The translations under genes and the position numbers were made by a program. Positions 29,976 through 39,582 of a stretch of 64,000 bases of DNA are shown in pieces (positions within the stretch are counted from its first letter, which is position 1; every line of letters starts with the position of its first letter). The DNA comes from a virus: the IMG/VR virus record IMGVR_UViG_3300024255_000002. The stretch is one strand, 5' to 3'. The notes under the pieces were generated by a model that was not told where the DNA came from, searched no databases, and worked only from the letters and a program-made list of their open reading frames with translations.

Positions 29976-30501
29976 TTATAGTTTAACAAGTCCTGCTATT
30001 TGTGTATGCAAAGGTGAGTTTGATTTTAAAAACTGTAATATATATTATTTAACAAACGTAAAAAAATATGAAGGCAATTTTTATAATGGACAAATAAATG
30101 GTAGACTTCATTTACCCTATACCACCGAAACACAAAGACACGATCAAATTTCCGATTGGGCGATTGATATTATTAACGGCCATACTAACAATATTTTTAT
30201 AGAAGGATATAGTTATGGTAGTAAAGGACTTGTATTTAATCTAGCAGAGAATATGGGTACTTTAAAACATAAACTATATAAACTAAACAAAACATTTGAA
30301 AGTATTGTTCCAGGTAGAGTTAAAAAGATTGCCACAGGAAAAGGAAATGCAGATAAACTTAAAATGTATTTGCAGTTTAAATCAGATACAGGTATTGACT
30401 TGATGAAAGAGTTTGATCAAACAAAACTAAATAATCCAGTTACAGATGTAATAGACGCTTACTATATAGCAAAGGCAGGATATGAAAATAATACAGTTTG
30501 A
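29929..30501 (+). CDS. RuvC-like Holliday junction resolvase
   Basis: IGIDYSLT, FIEGYS, KKIATGKGNADK, DVIDAY; start uncertain. Confidence 0.8.
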   Translation: MLILNKTKTTFQIGIDYSLTSPAICVCKGEFDFKNCNIYYLTNVKKYEGNFYNGQINGRLHLPYTTETQRHDQISDWAIDIINGHTNNIFIEGYSYGSKGLVFNLAENMGTLKHKLYKLNKTFESIVPGRVKKIATGKGNADKLKMYLQFKSDTGIDLMKEFDQTKLNNPVTDVIDAYYIAKAGYENNTV

Positions 30502-31462
30502 TAAATCAAAAGCACCAACAGCCGTTTTAGACGCAATAAAATCAGAGCATGAAATTATTAATCTATCAAATGTTAGTAAGTTTGATTATACACATTTTTA
30601 TGAAATGAAAAATGCAGATTTCTTTATTAACAATGGAACATTTGGAAGTACTCACCCTAAAAGAGAATGGAAACCAAATGCAGATAATCATAAACTAGCA
30701 GTTGGCAATCATAGAAACGATCTTGTTAATATGTTTGCACATCACTATGGTAAACCAATTATTCACTTTGAAAGTGCTACACTTAGTAGAATTAAATGTA
30801 ACTATATCAATAGATTTTACAAAAAAATATCACCAAGATTTTACAGAATGGGTTTAAATCATTGGGTGTTTAGTCATACTAAATGGTGCAAACCTATTAA
30901 AGGTAGATTAGAAAAAGTTTTAAAGTATATAGAAGACGAGAATATGATTAAGTTTCAAAATGTATTTAATCATAAATGGAAAAACAATAAAGACGGATAT
31001 ATTTTAATTCTACCTGGATTAGAAGATGATCCTACTAGTTCAATTCCTGTAGATAAATTTGTTGAGCAATCAGTAAAAACACTTAAACAAATTACAAAAA
31101 GAAAAATAGTAGTTAAATCACATCCCCATAGTAAGTTGACTTATGACAATTTAGATGTTGAAGTATTAACTGGTGACAGTAGAATTGTTGATCTTAAAAA
31201 ACAAGTTTATTGTGCTGTACTAGATAGTAGTACTAGTATATTTGAACTAACAGAATTAGGTATTCCTGCTATCACAACAAAACATAGTTTTGGAATGTTA
31301 TTAGGTAATACAGATTTAACAAAGGTAGAGAACCTACACTATGCAAATAGTGATGATGTTTTAAAATGGTATGAACGTATGGCTTCAACTGAATTTACTA
31401 TATCAGAATATGAAGATAAAGATTTTATTTTTGCTAGAATGAAGGAGTTATTAAATGAGTAA
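30482..31462 (+). CDS. Capsule-biosynthesis-like (GT-B type) protein
   Basis: IVVKSHPHS, SSTSIFE, GIP motifs. Confidence 0.55.
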   Translation: MKIIQFDKSKAPTAVLDAIKSEHEIINLSNVSKFDYTHFYEMKNADFFINNGTFGSTHPKREWKPNADNHKLAVGNHRNDLVNMFAHHYGKPIIHFESATLSRIKCNYINRFYKKISPRFYRMGLNHWVFSHTKWCKPIKGRLEKVLKYIEDENMIKFQNVFNHKWKNNKDGYILILPGLEDDPTSSIPVDKFVEQSVKTLKQITKRKIVVKSHPHSKLTYDNLDVEVLTGDSRIVDLKKQVYCAVLDSSTSIFELTELGIPAITTKHSFGMLLGNTDLTKVENLHYANSDDVLKWYERMASTEFTISEYEDKDFIFARMKELLNE

Positions 31463-32012
31463 TATAAAGGGATTACCTAAACACTTAGGTGGGCATGGTA
31501 ATGTAACACATATAGATTCTGGTTTATTGCAATTTGCAAAAGACGAATTGAAATGTAAAACAATGTTAGATATAGGATGTGGACCAGGTGGTATGGTGCA
31601 TGAGGCAAACAGATTAGGATTAAATGCAAAAGGTGTTGATGGTGATTTTATAACTACAAGAGAAAAACCAGAATTGTTTATAATGCACGATTTCACAAAA
31701 GGTAAGTTAAACTTAGATGAAAAATATGATTTGATCTGGTGTTGTGAGTTTGTTGAACATGTTGAAAAACAATATGAAGACAATTGGATGAGTTTAATGC
31801 AAAAGGGAAAATATATATTTGTTACTTATTCAGAACCAGGTAAACCAGGACATCATCATGTTAATTGTGAACCATTAGAGTATTGGATAAAACTATACGA
31901 AAAATACGGATTTAAATATAGAGAAGATTTAACAAAACAATCTAAAGAATTATCTACAATGAAAAGAGAATTTTGGAAAGATACAGGATTAGTATTTGAA
32001 AATGTCAGTTAA
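31455..32012 (+). CDS. SAM-dependent methyltransferase
   Basis: MLDIGCGPG, YDLIWCCEFVEH, GHHHVN. Confidence 0.85.
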   Translation: MSNIKGLPKHLGGHGNVTHIDSGLLQFAKDELKCKTMLDIGCGPGGMVHEANRLGLNAKGVDGDFITTREKPELFIMHDFTKGKLNLDEKYDLIWCCEFVEHVEKQYEDNWMSLMQKGKYIFVTYSEPGKPGHHHVNCEPLEYWIKLYEKYGFKYREDLTKQSKELSTMKREFWKDTGLVFENVS

Positions 32013-32697
32013 ATTAGTTACAACATACAACGACACATTATATAAAGATTATGCTTTTAGATTTTTTCAGACCTATAACTGGAAGTTTGAATTAAAACAT
32101 TATAATGAAGATAGAAATATGTATAATATTATTCCTGATTGTAAAAAGTTTGTTGAAAGAAATAAACATAGAAATGGACAATCATCATATAAAGAAAAAA
32201 ATACAACCTTTATAAAAGATGGTGTAAGATTTTGTTATAAAGTTTATGCCTATACACATGAAATATTACAGGCAAGTAATGGTGTTGATGGTATCATAGG
32301 TATTGATGTTGACAGTGTATTCTATAAATCAATCGATGAAGATTGGATATATGAAAACATACACAGAGACGATTGTATGATAACTTATTTAGGGAGACCT
32401 AATTATAGTGAGACTGGTTTTTTATATTTTAATATGAAACATCCTGAAATTAAAAACTATGCCAGAGAAATGAAACGAATGTATGATGAAGATTTAATAT
32501 ACAATCTACCTGAATACCATGATAGTTACATTTGGGATCATGTAAGAAAACAATTTGAAAGTAAAGGTGTTAAAAACTATAATATAGGTGATGGTAAAGG
32601 TGGACATATTCAAGCAAGATCAATACTAGGTTCTATATACGATCACACAAAAGGTCCTAGAAAACTAAAAGGTAGAAGTCCAGAGGCAAGAGCATGA
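31996..32697 (+). CDS. GT-A glycosyltransferase-like protein
   Basis: RFCYKVYA, IDVD (DxD), ETGF, HDSYIWD, DHTKG. Confidence 0.7.
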   Translation: MKMSVKLVTTYNDTLYKDYAFRFFQTYNWKFELKHYNEDRNMYNIIPDCKKFVERNKHRNGQSSYKEKNTTFIKDGVRFCYKVYAYTHEILQASNGVDGIIGIDVDSVFYKSIDEDWIYENIHRDDCMITYLGRPNYSETGFLYFNMKHPEIKNYAREMKRMYDEDLIYNLPEYHDSYIWDHVRKQFESKGVKNYNIGDGKGGHIQARSILGSIYDHTKGPRKLKGRSPEARA

Positions 32698-33140
32698 AAA
32701 TACTAGTAATGGGTTTACCGGGTTCTGGCAAATCATATCTATCAGAAAAACTTACAACAAAATTAAAAGCAGTATGGTTAAATGCTGATAAAGTTAGAGA
32801 AGAAGCTAATGATTGGGATTTTAGTCCAGATGGTAGAGTAAGACAAGCGAATAGAATGTGGTTATTATCACAAAAGGCAGTAGATGCAGGTAAGAATGTC
32901 ATTGCTGATTTTGTTTGCCCAACACCTAAGACAAGAGAAGATTATAACGCTGATTATATTATTTGGGTTGATACAATTAAAGAAGGAAGATTTGAAGATA
33001 CAAATAAAATGTTTGTACCACCTGAAGAATATAACTTTAGAGTGCCTACACAAAATGCGGAGTTATGGGCAATTAAAATAGCTGAAAAGATTTCCGCTAC
33101 TGATATTAGAGCCAAAATGAGAGAAGATGGGAAACTATGA
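32694..33140 (+). CDS. Adenylylsulfate-kinase-like P-loop protein (short)
   Basis: MGLPGSGKS, LNADKVR, DFSPDGR, DFVCP. Confidence 0.75.
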   Translation: MKILVMGLPGSGKSYLSEKLTTKLKAVWLNADKVREEANDWDFSPDGRVRQANRMWLLSQKAVDAGKNVIADFVCPTPKTREDYNADYIIWVDTIKEGRFEDTNKMFVPPEEYNFRVPTQNAELWAIKIAEKISATDIRAKMREDGKL

Positions 33141-33835
33141 TAAACATTTTTATAGGAATGGATAGTAAAGAGAAAGTCGCATACAATGTTTTAAGTTATA
33201 GTATAATAAAAAATAGTACTAAACCTGTTGCAATAACACCAATCTATCTTCCTAATATTAAAGATGACTTTGTAAGAGAAAGAGGTAATCTTTCATCAAC
33301 AGAATTTAGTTTTAGTAGATTTATGATACCACACCTTATGAACTATCAAGGATGGGCATTGTTTATGGATTGTGATATGTTAACGTTTGATGATATAAAT
33401 GAGTTATGGAGAATGAGAGACGACAAATATGCCATACAAGTTTGTAAACATGATTATACACCTAAACATAAAACAAAGTTTTTAGGACAAACACAAACAG
33501 CATATCCTAAAAAGAACTGGTCTAGTTTTATGTTAATGAATTGCAGAAAATGTACATCACTAACACCTAACTTTGTAAATAGAGCAAGTGGTTTAGAACT
33601 ACATCAATTTAAATGGTTAGAAAACGACAATCTAATAGGTGACTTACCACTAGAGTGGAACTGGTTAGTCGGTGAATATGATTTTAATCCCGATGCTAAG
33701 AATGTTCATTACACTTTAGGTGGTCCTTGGTTTAAAGAATATGAGACATGTGAATATTCTTATGATTGGTTTGAAACAGAAAAAGAATGTAATAATTATG
33801 ATAGTAGGATTTGGAACAAGAAAAGTAACGGATGA
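33137..33835 (+). CDS. GT8-like glycosyltransferase
   Basis: STEFSFSRF, FMDCD, YPKKNWSS, WNWLV, HYTLGGPW. Confidence 0.8.
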   Translation: MINIFIGMDSKEKVAYNVLSYSIIKNSTKPVAITPIYLPNIKDDFVRERGNLSSTEFSFSRFMIPHLMNYQGWALFMDCDMLTFDDINELWRMRDDKYAIQVCKHDYTPKHKTKFLGQTQTAYPKKNWSSFMLMNCRKCTSLTPNFVNRASGLELHQFKWLENDNLIGDLPLEWNWLVGEYDFNPDAKNVHYTLGGPWFKEYETCEYSYDWFETEKECNNYDSRIWNKKSNG

Positions 33836-34661
33836 AGTAATAAAACCTTTTGTTGAGAATGAAGGTGGAATATTTTACAAGTCTTCTACAATAATGGTTG
33901 ATAAGTTTGATCAAGCAACCTGGCCTAAATTTAACACCTCATCTTTTAAATTAAATAAACCAGATGTTGCTGTGTTTGGTATACTAAGAGGTACTGAAAG
34001 AAAGCTTTATGATTGTAAAAGATTAGGATTAAACTACTATTACTTTGATCATGCTTATTTCTTTAGTGGTCATAAACTACATGAACATACAAATTTTAGA
34101 GGATACAGAATAACAAAGAATGGTGAGGCACAGACAAAGATATTAAAACTTACATTGCCTGATATACACAGAATACAAAAGTATAAACAACCACACTTAA
34201 AAGAATATATTGAATTTACTGATAGTGTTCCTGGTAATAAGATAGTAATAATACCACCAACTGAAGCAGTTGCTAGATTTTATAAACTTGATGTAAACAA
34301 TTGGATAGATGATAAAATAAAAGAAGTCAGAAAATACACAGATAAACAGTTTATTATAAGACTAAAAACATCAACACATCCTTTAGAAGAAGATTTGCAA
34401 AAGGCATTTGCAGTTGTAACATATCAATCAACAGTAGGTATAAAATCAGTTATGAGAGGTATTAGAACTATTTGTGATGACGTTTCAATGTGTAAACCTG
34501 TATCTATCAAAATAGAGAATATAGAGAAAGACTATATAAGAGATAGGGACAAAGAACAGGCATGGATTGATAGTTTATTAGCAAGTCAATTTACAATGCA
34601 AGAAATAACAAATGGTATTGCCAAACAAGCAATAGATAAATTATATGATTATAACACATGA
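33798..34661 (+). CDS. Capsule-biosynthesis-like protein
   Basis: FGILRG, YFDHAYF, AVVTYQSTVG, SQFT; start re-called at MIVGFG. Confidence 0.55.
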   Translation: MIVGFGTRKVTDEVIKPFVENEGGIFYKSSTIMVDKFDQATWPKFNTSSFKLNKPDVAVFGILRGTERKLYDCKRLGLNYYYFDHAYFFSGHKLHEHTNFRGYRITKNGEAQTKILKLTLPDIHRIQKYKQPHLKEYIEFTDSVPGNKIVIIPPTEAVARFYKLDVNNWIDDKIKEVRKYTDKQFIIRLKTSTHPLEEDLQKAFAVVTYQSTVGIKSVMRGIRTICDDVSMCKPVSIKIENIEKDYIRDRDKEQAWIDSLLASQFTMQEITNGIAKQAIDKLYDYNT

Positions 34662-35457
34662 TATACCTTGGAATAGTTGTTTATCTAAACAGTTATTTCC
34701 AGCAATAAAAAAAGGTTGGAAAGACGAGAACACTCCTATACATTTTTTTTGGGGATTAGGTGGACAAAATGTTAAAGGTATTAGAGAGTGTGTAGAGAAA
34801 AAAGAACAGTGGTATTATGTTGATGTCGGATACTTCACACAACAAATAACAAGATATCCTAGTCCTAAAATACATGATTACGATAAAACATATTTCAGAA
34901 TAGTAAAAGGTGGATTACATACTATTAGAGGTGCAATGGGTAATGGTGCCAGAGTTACTGAATTAGAAAGAAAAGGAATAGATGTAAAATTTAAAGGTTG
35001 GAATACAGGTGATTGTAACCATATATTATTATGCCCTTCTTCTCCTACAGTTACCTATCACATAAATGGTATTACACAGGAAGAATGGATACAACGAGTA
35101 ACAGATGAAATTCAAAAACATACTGATATGAAAATTGTTGTAAGGCAAAAACCAAGACCTAACAATTCTGAATGGGGAACAGATATAAAAGATAGATTAG
35201 AAAGAACTCATTGTATAGTTACAAACATGAGTCTGGCTGCAATAGATGGTATTATGAATAGAGTACCTGTAATATGCCATCAATCTAATATTGCAAATTT
35301 TGTAAGTAGTAGAAGTTTGAAATATATTAAAAAACCTATGAGACCTGGAAGAAAAACAGTTGAGTCATGGATTAAAATGGTTGTAGAAAATCAATTTACA
35401 ATAGATGAGATAGAGAGAGGACTTGCTTGCAAGATTTTAAAACAACAAGATGTATAA
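34645..35457 (+). CDS. Capsule-biosynthesis-like protein (paralog of the preceding gene)
   Basis: YYVDVGYF, ILLCPSS, VRQKPR, CIVTNMSLAA, NQFT. Confidence 0.55.
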   Translation: MIITHDIPWNSCLSKQLFPAIKKGWKDENTPIHFFWGLGGQNVKGIRECVEKKEQWYYVDVGYFTQQITRYPSPKIHDYDKTYFRIVKGGLHTIRGAMGNGARVTELERKGIDVKFKGWNTGDCNHILLCPSSPTVTYHINGITQEEWIQRVTDEIQKHTDMKIVVRQKPRPNNSEWGTDIKDRLERTHCIVTNMSLAAIDGIMNRVPVICHQSNIANFVSSRSLKYIKKPMRPGRKTVESWIKMVVENQFTIDEIERGLACKILKQQDV

Positions 35458-36136
35458 TGTAATATGTGTTTATACTGGCACAAAGTATAATGTAAAATTT
35501 GTAAATATATTATATAATATGGTTGAGAGAAATCTATCAAAACCATTTAACTTCTATTGCCTAACAGATAATCAAGGACAGAAATTCAATTCAAATATAA
35601 AGTTGTTAGATGTGCCACAACCTGTTTTAAGAACATGGTGGAATAAAATGCATTTGTTTAATCCAGCATTAAACATAGAGGGTAATATTTTATATGTAGA
35701 TTTAGACGTAGTTATAACTGGTAGTTTAGATGAGTTTTTTACAGACTACAAAGATGAGGATTTTTGTGTGATAAGAGACTTTGGACAACCAGATGCTATA
35801 TTCAACTCTAGCGTGTTAAGATATAATATAAAACATCACAAACATATTTGGCATACTTACATCGCAGACAAGATGAGATACCGAGGACACCATGGTGATC
35901 AGACAGTTATTACAGAAATAATGAAAGATAAACCAGAAACAAAGATCATGCCAGACGCATGGACATATTCATTTAAATGGCAAGAACGTGGTAAAATAGG
36001 TTCGTATATTAAAGATGATCCCACAGCACACCCATATAAACCTGGTTCGAAGATATGCGTATTTCATGGCAACCCTAATCCTGACGAAGCAGTGAAGAAT
36101 CGCAGTGGAAAATGGATAGAATCACACTGGTTCTAG
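35450..36136 (+). CDS. GT-A glycosyltransferase
   Basis: WWNKMHLF, YVDLD, FNSSV, GDQ, VFHGNPNP. Confidence 0.8.
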   Translation: MYNVICVYTGTKYNVKFVNILYNMVERNLSKPFNFYCLTDNQGQKFNSNIKLLDVPQPVLRTWWNKMHLFNPALNIEGNILYVDLDVVITGSLDEFFTDYKDEDFCVIRDFGQPDAIFNSSVLRYNIKHHKHIWHTYIADKMRYRGHHGDQTVITEIMKDKPETKIMPDAWTYSFKWQERGKIGSYIKDDPTAHPYKPGSKICVFHGNPNPDEAVKNRSGKWIESHWF

Positions 36137-36141
36137 TAGAT

Positions 36142-36156
36142 GTTCACGTTTTGTTC
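36142..36156. promoter_or_regulatory. Alphaproteobacterial LexA (SOS) box-like site GTTC-N7-GTTC
   Basis: GTTC-ACGTTTT-GTTC; near-identical copy at 53419. Confidence 0.6.
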
Positions 36157-36202
36157 TTCTTAAAAACCACAAAAACCCAGTAAAATCAACGTTTTTTAGT
36201 GC

Positions 36203-36231
36203 TTGACTTTTAAGCCTTTTTCATGTATAGT
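36203..36231 (+). promoter_or_regulatory. sigma70 promoter TTGACT-17-TATAGT
   Basis: Near-consensus; heads the early region. Confidence 0.75.
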
Positions 36232-36257
36232 ATGTGTATATGACAAAAAAAAACACT

Positions 36258-36743
36258 ATGAAAAAACAAAAAGGTTTTAGTTTAGTTGAATTACTTGTAG
36301 TAGTCGCTATATTAGGAATATTATCATCTATTGGTATTGTATCTTATTCAAAATTTACATACGGTGCCAAAATTACTGTAACACATAAGTTCCATGAACA
36401 AGTAAAAAAATATATTATTTCAGAAACAAATAAATGTGATGTAGGATTTGATAAGATTTTTGAGGCAGATAACGGAACTCATATCACTTGCAGTGAATTA
36501 AGTAGTAATTCAGGTTCTGCTTGGGATGGATTTGATATACAATTAATGAGAGTGTTCAAAGATACACCAAACGTTTGGGGCGCAGACCCTTTTAAAGAGG
36601 CATTAAATGTTGATTGGCACCCAAAGGCAGGTTATGTTAATGTTAGACACAGAGGTGGTGAAGTGCTAATGCAAACTTGTTTAGAAAAAACTTGTAAAGA
36701 CAATTATAAAATTAGAGAAATGATACAAATTAATGGAATATAA
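36258..36743 (+). CDS. Type IV pilin/pseudopilin-like protein
   Basis: Class III signal KKQKG|FSLVELLVVVAILGIL; four Cys in the head domain. Confidence 0.85.
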   Translation: MKKQKGFSLVELLVVVAILGILSSIGIVSYSKFTYGAKITVTHKFHEQVKKYIISETNKCDVGFDKIFEADNGTHITCSELSSNSGSAWDGFDIQLMRVFKDTPNVWGADPFKEALNVDWHPKAGYVNVRHRGGEVLMQTCLEKTCKDNYKIREMIQINGI

Positions 36744-36762
36744 TATGAAGGAGAAAAACACT

Positions 36763-37185
36763 ATGGAAAAAAATACAGACAAATACTTTCAATCTTTTAA
36801 CGTTGTTTATAAGAGAGAGTACCGTGATCCTGAGGAAGGTTATGAAACTTTTTGGAGTTCATCTACTATGTACAGAAATGTACCTATCTCTAAGATTAAG
36901 TATTATAGAAAACAATTACTTAATTTTAAAGATTATGCAACCAAAATGTATAATGAAGAAGCTAGTAACTTCACAGGTGCTACTGCTATTGAGATAATAT
37001 ATCCAGATGAATATTATCAAACATATGCAGATGTATTCGGTCCAGAAACGGCTGCTGGTGATAATCATTTATTTAATGATTTTGGTCAGTTGTATAATGG
37101 TAGACAAGGGTTTAGAAAGGACTTTGATTCCGACTTAACAAAAAATTATACAACAAGAAAAAACTATATTTACAATTTAAGTTAG
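36763..37185 (+). CDS. Early hypothetical protein
   Basis: GGAG SD and AAACACTATG start. Confidence 0.65.
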   Translation: MEKNTDKYFQSFNVVYKREYRDPEEGYETFWSSSTMYRNVPISKIKYYRKQLLNFKDYATKMYNEEASNFTGATAIEIIYPDEYYQTYADVFGPETAAGDNHLFNDFGQLYNGRQGFRKDFDSDLTKNYTTRKNYIYNLS

Positions 37186-37194
37186 GAGAAAACT

Positions 37195-37608
37195 ATGACA
37201 GTAGAAACAAACATAATATACACAGACAAAGACTTAGGTAAAAATCTCTATAGACAAAAGAGATATTATACTTTAGTAGTAGAACAAGAAGTGTTGGCAA
37301 ATAACCAAGAAGAAGCAGATAATAAACTTGTAGAACATGGCGGAATAAGTCACTCTATGATTAATGCTGAAATTACAAATGAAAACGAGGGTGTTCAAAC
37401 ATATATGATAGATGCTAATTATTCAGACAGTGATAAAACTGAATACATGGGTAAAATAGTATATGAGGATGAGGAGTTTGCTAAAGAAGATGGTTTGGTT
37501 GAAATAGACAAATACATTGATGAAAATGCTTTAACTGATAGAGACAAAGAAGAATCAGATATTGATGTGGCAATAACATTAGAAGCAGAAAATGAAAGAG
37601 GTAAATAA
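37195..37608 (+). CDS. Acidic early hypothetical protein
   Basis: GGAG SD; Asp/Glu-rich. Confidence 0.65.
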   Translation: MTVETNIIYTDKDLGKNLYRQKRYYTLVVEQEVLANNQEEADNKLVEHGGISHSMINAEITNENEGVQTYMIDANYSDSDKTEYMGKIVYEDEEFAKEDGLVEIDKYIDENALTDRDKEESDIDVAITLEAENERGK

Positions 37609-37781
37609 TGACAACTAGAAACGCAGTAATAATAAAAGTAAGAAAGCATGGTCAAAAAGATTTTGAAACAGATAGTATCTATGTTGATCATATGCCAGGT
37701 TTTGAAAATAGAATCAAACAGCATATACAAAATGCAAAAGAAGACACTACCAATGCTGAAGTGAGAATCGAAGACTTATAA
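37608..37781 (+). CDS. 57 aa hypothetical protein (not in ORF track)
   Basis: MTTRNAVIIKV...; TAATG coupling at both ends. Confidence 0.55.
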   Translation: MTTRNAVIIKVRKHGQKDFETDSIYVDHMPGFENRIKQHIQNAKEDTTNAEVRIEDL

Positions 37782-38098
37782 TGAAAAAGAAAACAAAAGA
37801 ACTGAATCAATCACACAACGCATGGATTAAGTCGTTAGGTGTTAATATTGATGTAAAGACAGGCAAAGTAAAGAAAAAAGAGTTTCGTGGTTGTGTTATG
37901 CCTAACTACAATGCAGATATTAACGGTGTTGAGAGAGTATCTATACCACTAGGTAACAGAATACCTGTAGGTTGTACTAAAGTGAAAATGCCCAAAGTAC
38001 AACTTCCAGAAGGCAAAACCATAGGAATTGCGTATAATAAGGGGAATTATCAGATAATTGATAGTGCCGACTTTAAAACAATGGGCAAAAAGGTGTGA
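37781..38098 (+). CDS. Hypothetical protein
   Basis: TIGIAYNKGNYQ motif recognised from marine T4-likes. Confidence 0.65.
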   Translation: MKKKTKELNQSHNAWIKSLGVNIDVKTGKVKKKEFRGCVMPNYNADINGVERVSIPLGNRIPVGCTKVKMPKVQLPEGKTIGIAYNKGNYQIIDSADFKTMGKKV

Positions 38099-38120
38099 CG
38101 TTTTAGCACACATAAACATG

Positions 38121-38149
38121 TTGACTTTGTGCTTAAACTATGATAGGAT
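38121..38149 (+). promoter_or_regulatory. sigma70-like promoter TTGACT-17-TAGGAT
   Basis: 17 nt spacing, extended TG, upstream GTGAC-N5-AGCAC box. Confidence 0.65.
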
Positions 38150-38184
38150 AAAGTCAATTAATAACAACAAAAGGAAAAAACACT

Positions 38185-38538
38185 ATGTTTGACAAAGATA
38201 CAATATTTGCAGAATTTAATCATGCAAAACAAAAAGACTTAAAAATGTCTAAAAAGAAATCGCCGTATGAGTCTGTTTTTACAAACAGAATTGAGTTATT
38301 AAAATCTCATATTGAAGCAAAAAAATCGCATCCGAAATACTATAGAGGATGTAAGATAAACTTTGAAAACTTGTTACTTGCATATCAATCGCCAGTGCCA
38401 GTTGATCATTTTTATAAAGTCGGATTTAATATGTCTTATGCAGAATATCTAAGTCAGAAAAATGCCGAAGATAAAGATACAAAAGACGAAACGTATAATA
38501 ACGAAAGAAGTAATGTTAAAGAAGTTACTTTTAATTAG
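38185..38538 (+). CDS. Early hypothetical protein
   Basis: AAGGA SD and AAACACTATG start. Confidence 0.65.
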   Translation: MFDKDTIFAEFNHAKQKDLKMSKKKSPYESVFTNRIELLKSHIEAKKSHPKYYRGCKINFENLLLAYQSPVPVDHFYKVGFNMSYAEYLSQKNAEDKDTKDETYNNERSNVKEVTFN

Positions 38539-38998
38539 TAGTTTAACTTTGTTGTTGAATCAGTGTGCTGTTAAGAACGCCGCTGTTTCAACATCAGGTT
38601 CAACTTTAGGTGCTATAACAGCAGGAGGAACTTGTGCCTCTGTTGTAAGTACTGATCCTGCTGTAGTGGGTGCGTGTGCTGTTGTTGGTGCCGTGCATGG
38701 TGCAGATCAGATATGGAATGATGATTTTAATGTTCATAAGAAGTTTTTTGTTGACCATTTAATTGGTGCACCAAATAAACCGAATATAACAAATTGGTAT
38801 AATCCTAAAACTAAAAGTTTTGGTATTATAAAAACAAACAATACTTGGTACAAAGGTCCTATTAAATGTAGAGACTACGAATCAACTATTAATATTACAC
38901 CGTCTTGGCCAGTTGCTTACTTTGGTGGTCCTGTTAGAAGAACAGACTTTGGTATTGCATGTATATTACCAGACGGAAGAGTGGAGATACAAGAATAG
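38513..38998 (+). CDS. 17-kDa-surface-antigen-like glycine-zipper lipoprotein
   Basis: Lipobox-like LNQC; GAxxAGG zipper; WYNP..CRDY..GIAC.LPDG. Confidence 0.7.
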   Translation: MLKKLLLISSLTLLLNQCAVKNAAVSTSGSTLGAITAGGTCASVVSTDPAVVGACAVVGAVHGADQIWNDDFNVHKKFFVDHLIGAPNKPNITNWYNPKTKSFGIIKTNNTWYKGPIKCRDYESTINITPSWPVAYFGGPVRRTDFGIACILPDGRVEIQE

Positions 38999-39582
38999 TG
39001 AAATTTGCAGACGAATTTATATCTTATTTGTTTTTAGTGTTAATTGTTACTTTGTTGTTAATGATGAAAGGTCATGCTTGTGTTGAGTGTGACCTTTCAG
39101 GTGATACCTATCCCATTGACAATATAAGTTTATCAACAGAAATAAAAGAAGATACAAATATACAAATGGCAAAGGTCAACATTGATGATATAAAAGTTAA
39201 ACCTATCACAGATACAATAAAAGATAGTGACGTGGTTAAATCAAAAATCAAAGATGTATTCATGCAGAATGGTCAATATTGTTTTATTGAAGTTGTTATT
39301 AAACAACAAGGTGATGATATTGTTAAAAAAGAAGTTATGAAATGTAGTGAAACACCTGAATTTGAGTCTGATAAAAAAGATCAAATAATTGAACAACTCA
39401 AAAAAGAAATAGAACTGGAAAAGGCTAGAAAACCAGGATATTGGGAGTTGTTTGCTGACTTCTATTATAGAGACGAGAACGCTCCTCTTTATTGTAGAAA
39501 ATACTCTAGGCCCGACAGTTGGTTTAAAATTCCTGGAACTGCTTGTCTGAAACCAACAGGAGAATGGAAGATAATAAAATGA
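38959..39582 (+). CDS. Exported Cys-containing hypothetical protein
   Basis: N-terminal hydrophobic segment; ends TACLKPTGEWKI like the preceding lipoprotein. Confidence 0.55.
   Translation: MYITRRKSGDTRIVKFADEFISYLFLVLIVTLLLMMKGHACVECDLSGDTYPIDNISLSTEIKEDTNIQMAKVNIDDIKVKPITDTIKDSDVVKSKIKDVFMQNGQYCFIEVVIKQQGDDIVKKEVMKCSETPEFESDKKDQIIEQLKKEIELEKARKPGYWELFADFYYRDENAPLYCRKYSRPDSWFKIPGTACLKPTGEWKIIK

Noticed and set aside
38094-38110. CRP site (TGTGA...CACA) as a target of phage-made cAMP
   Set aside because: Spacing is one base longer than TGTGA-N6-TCACA; it fits the RegA-like 15-mer family better.
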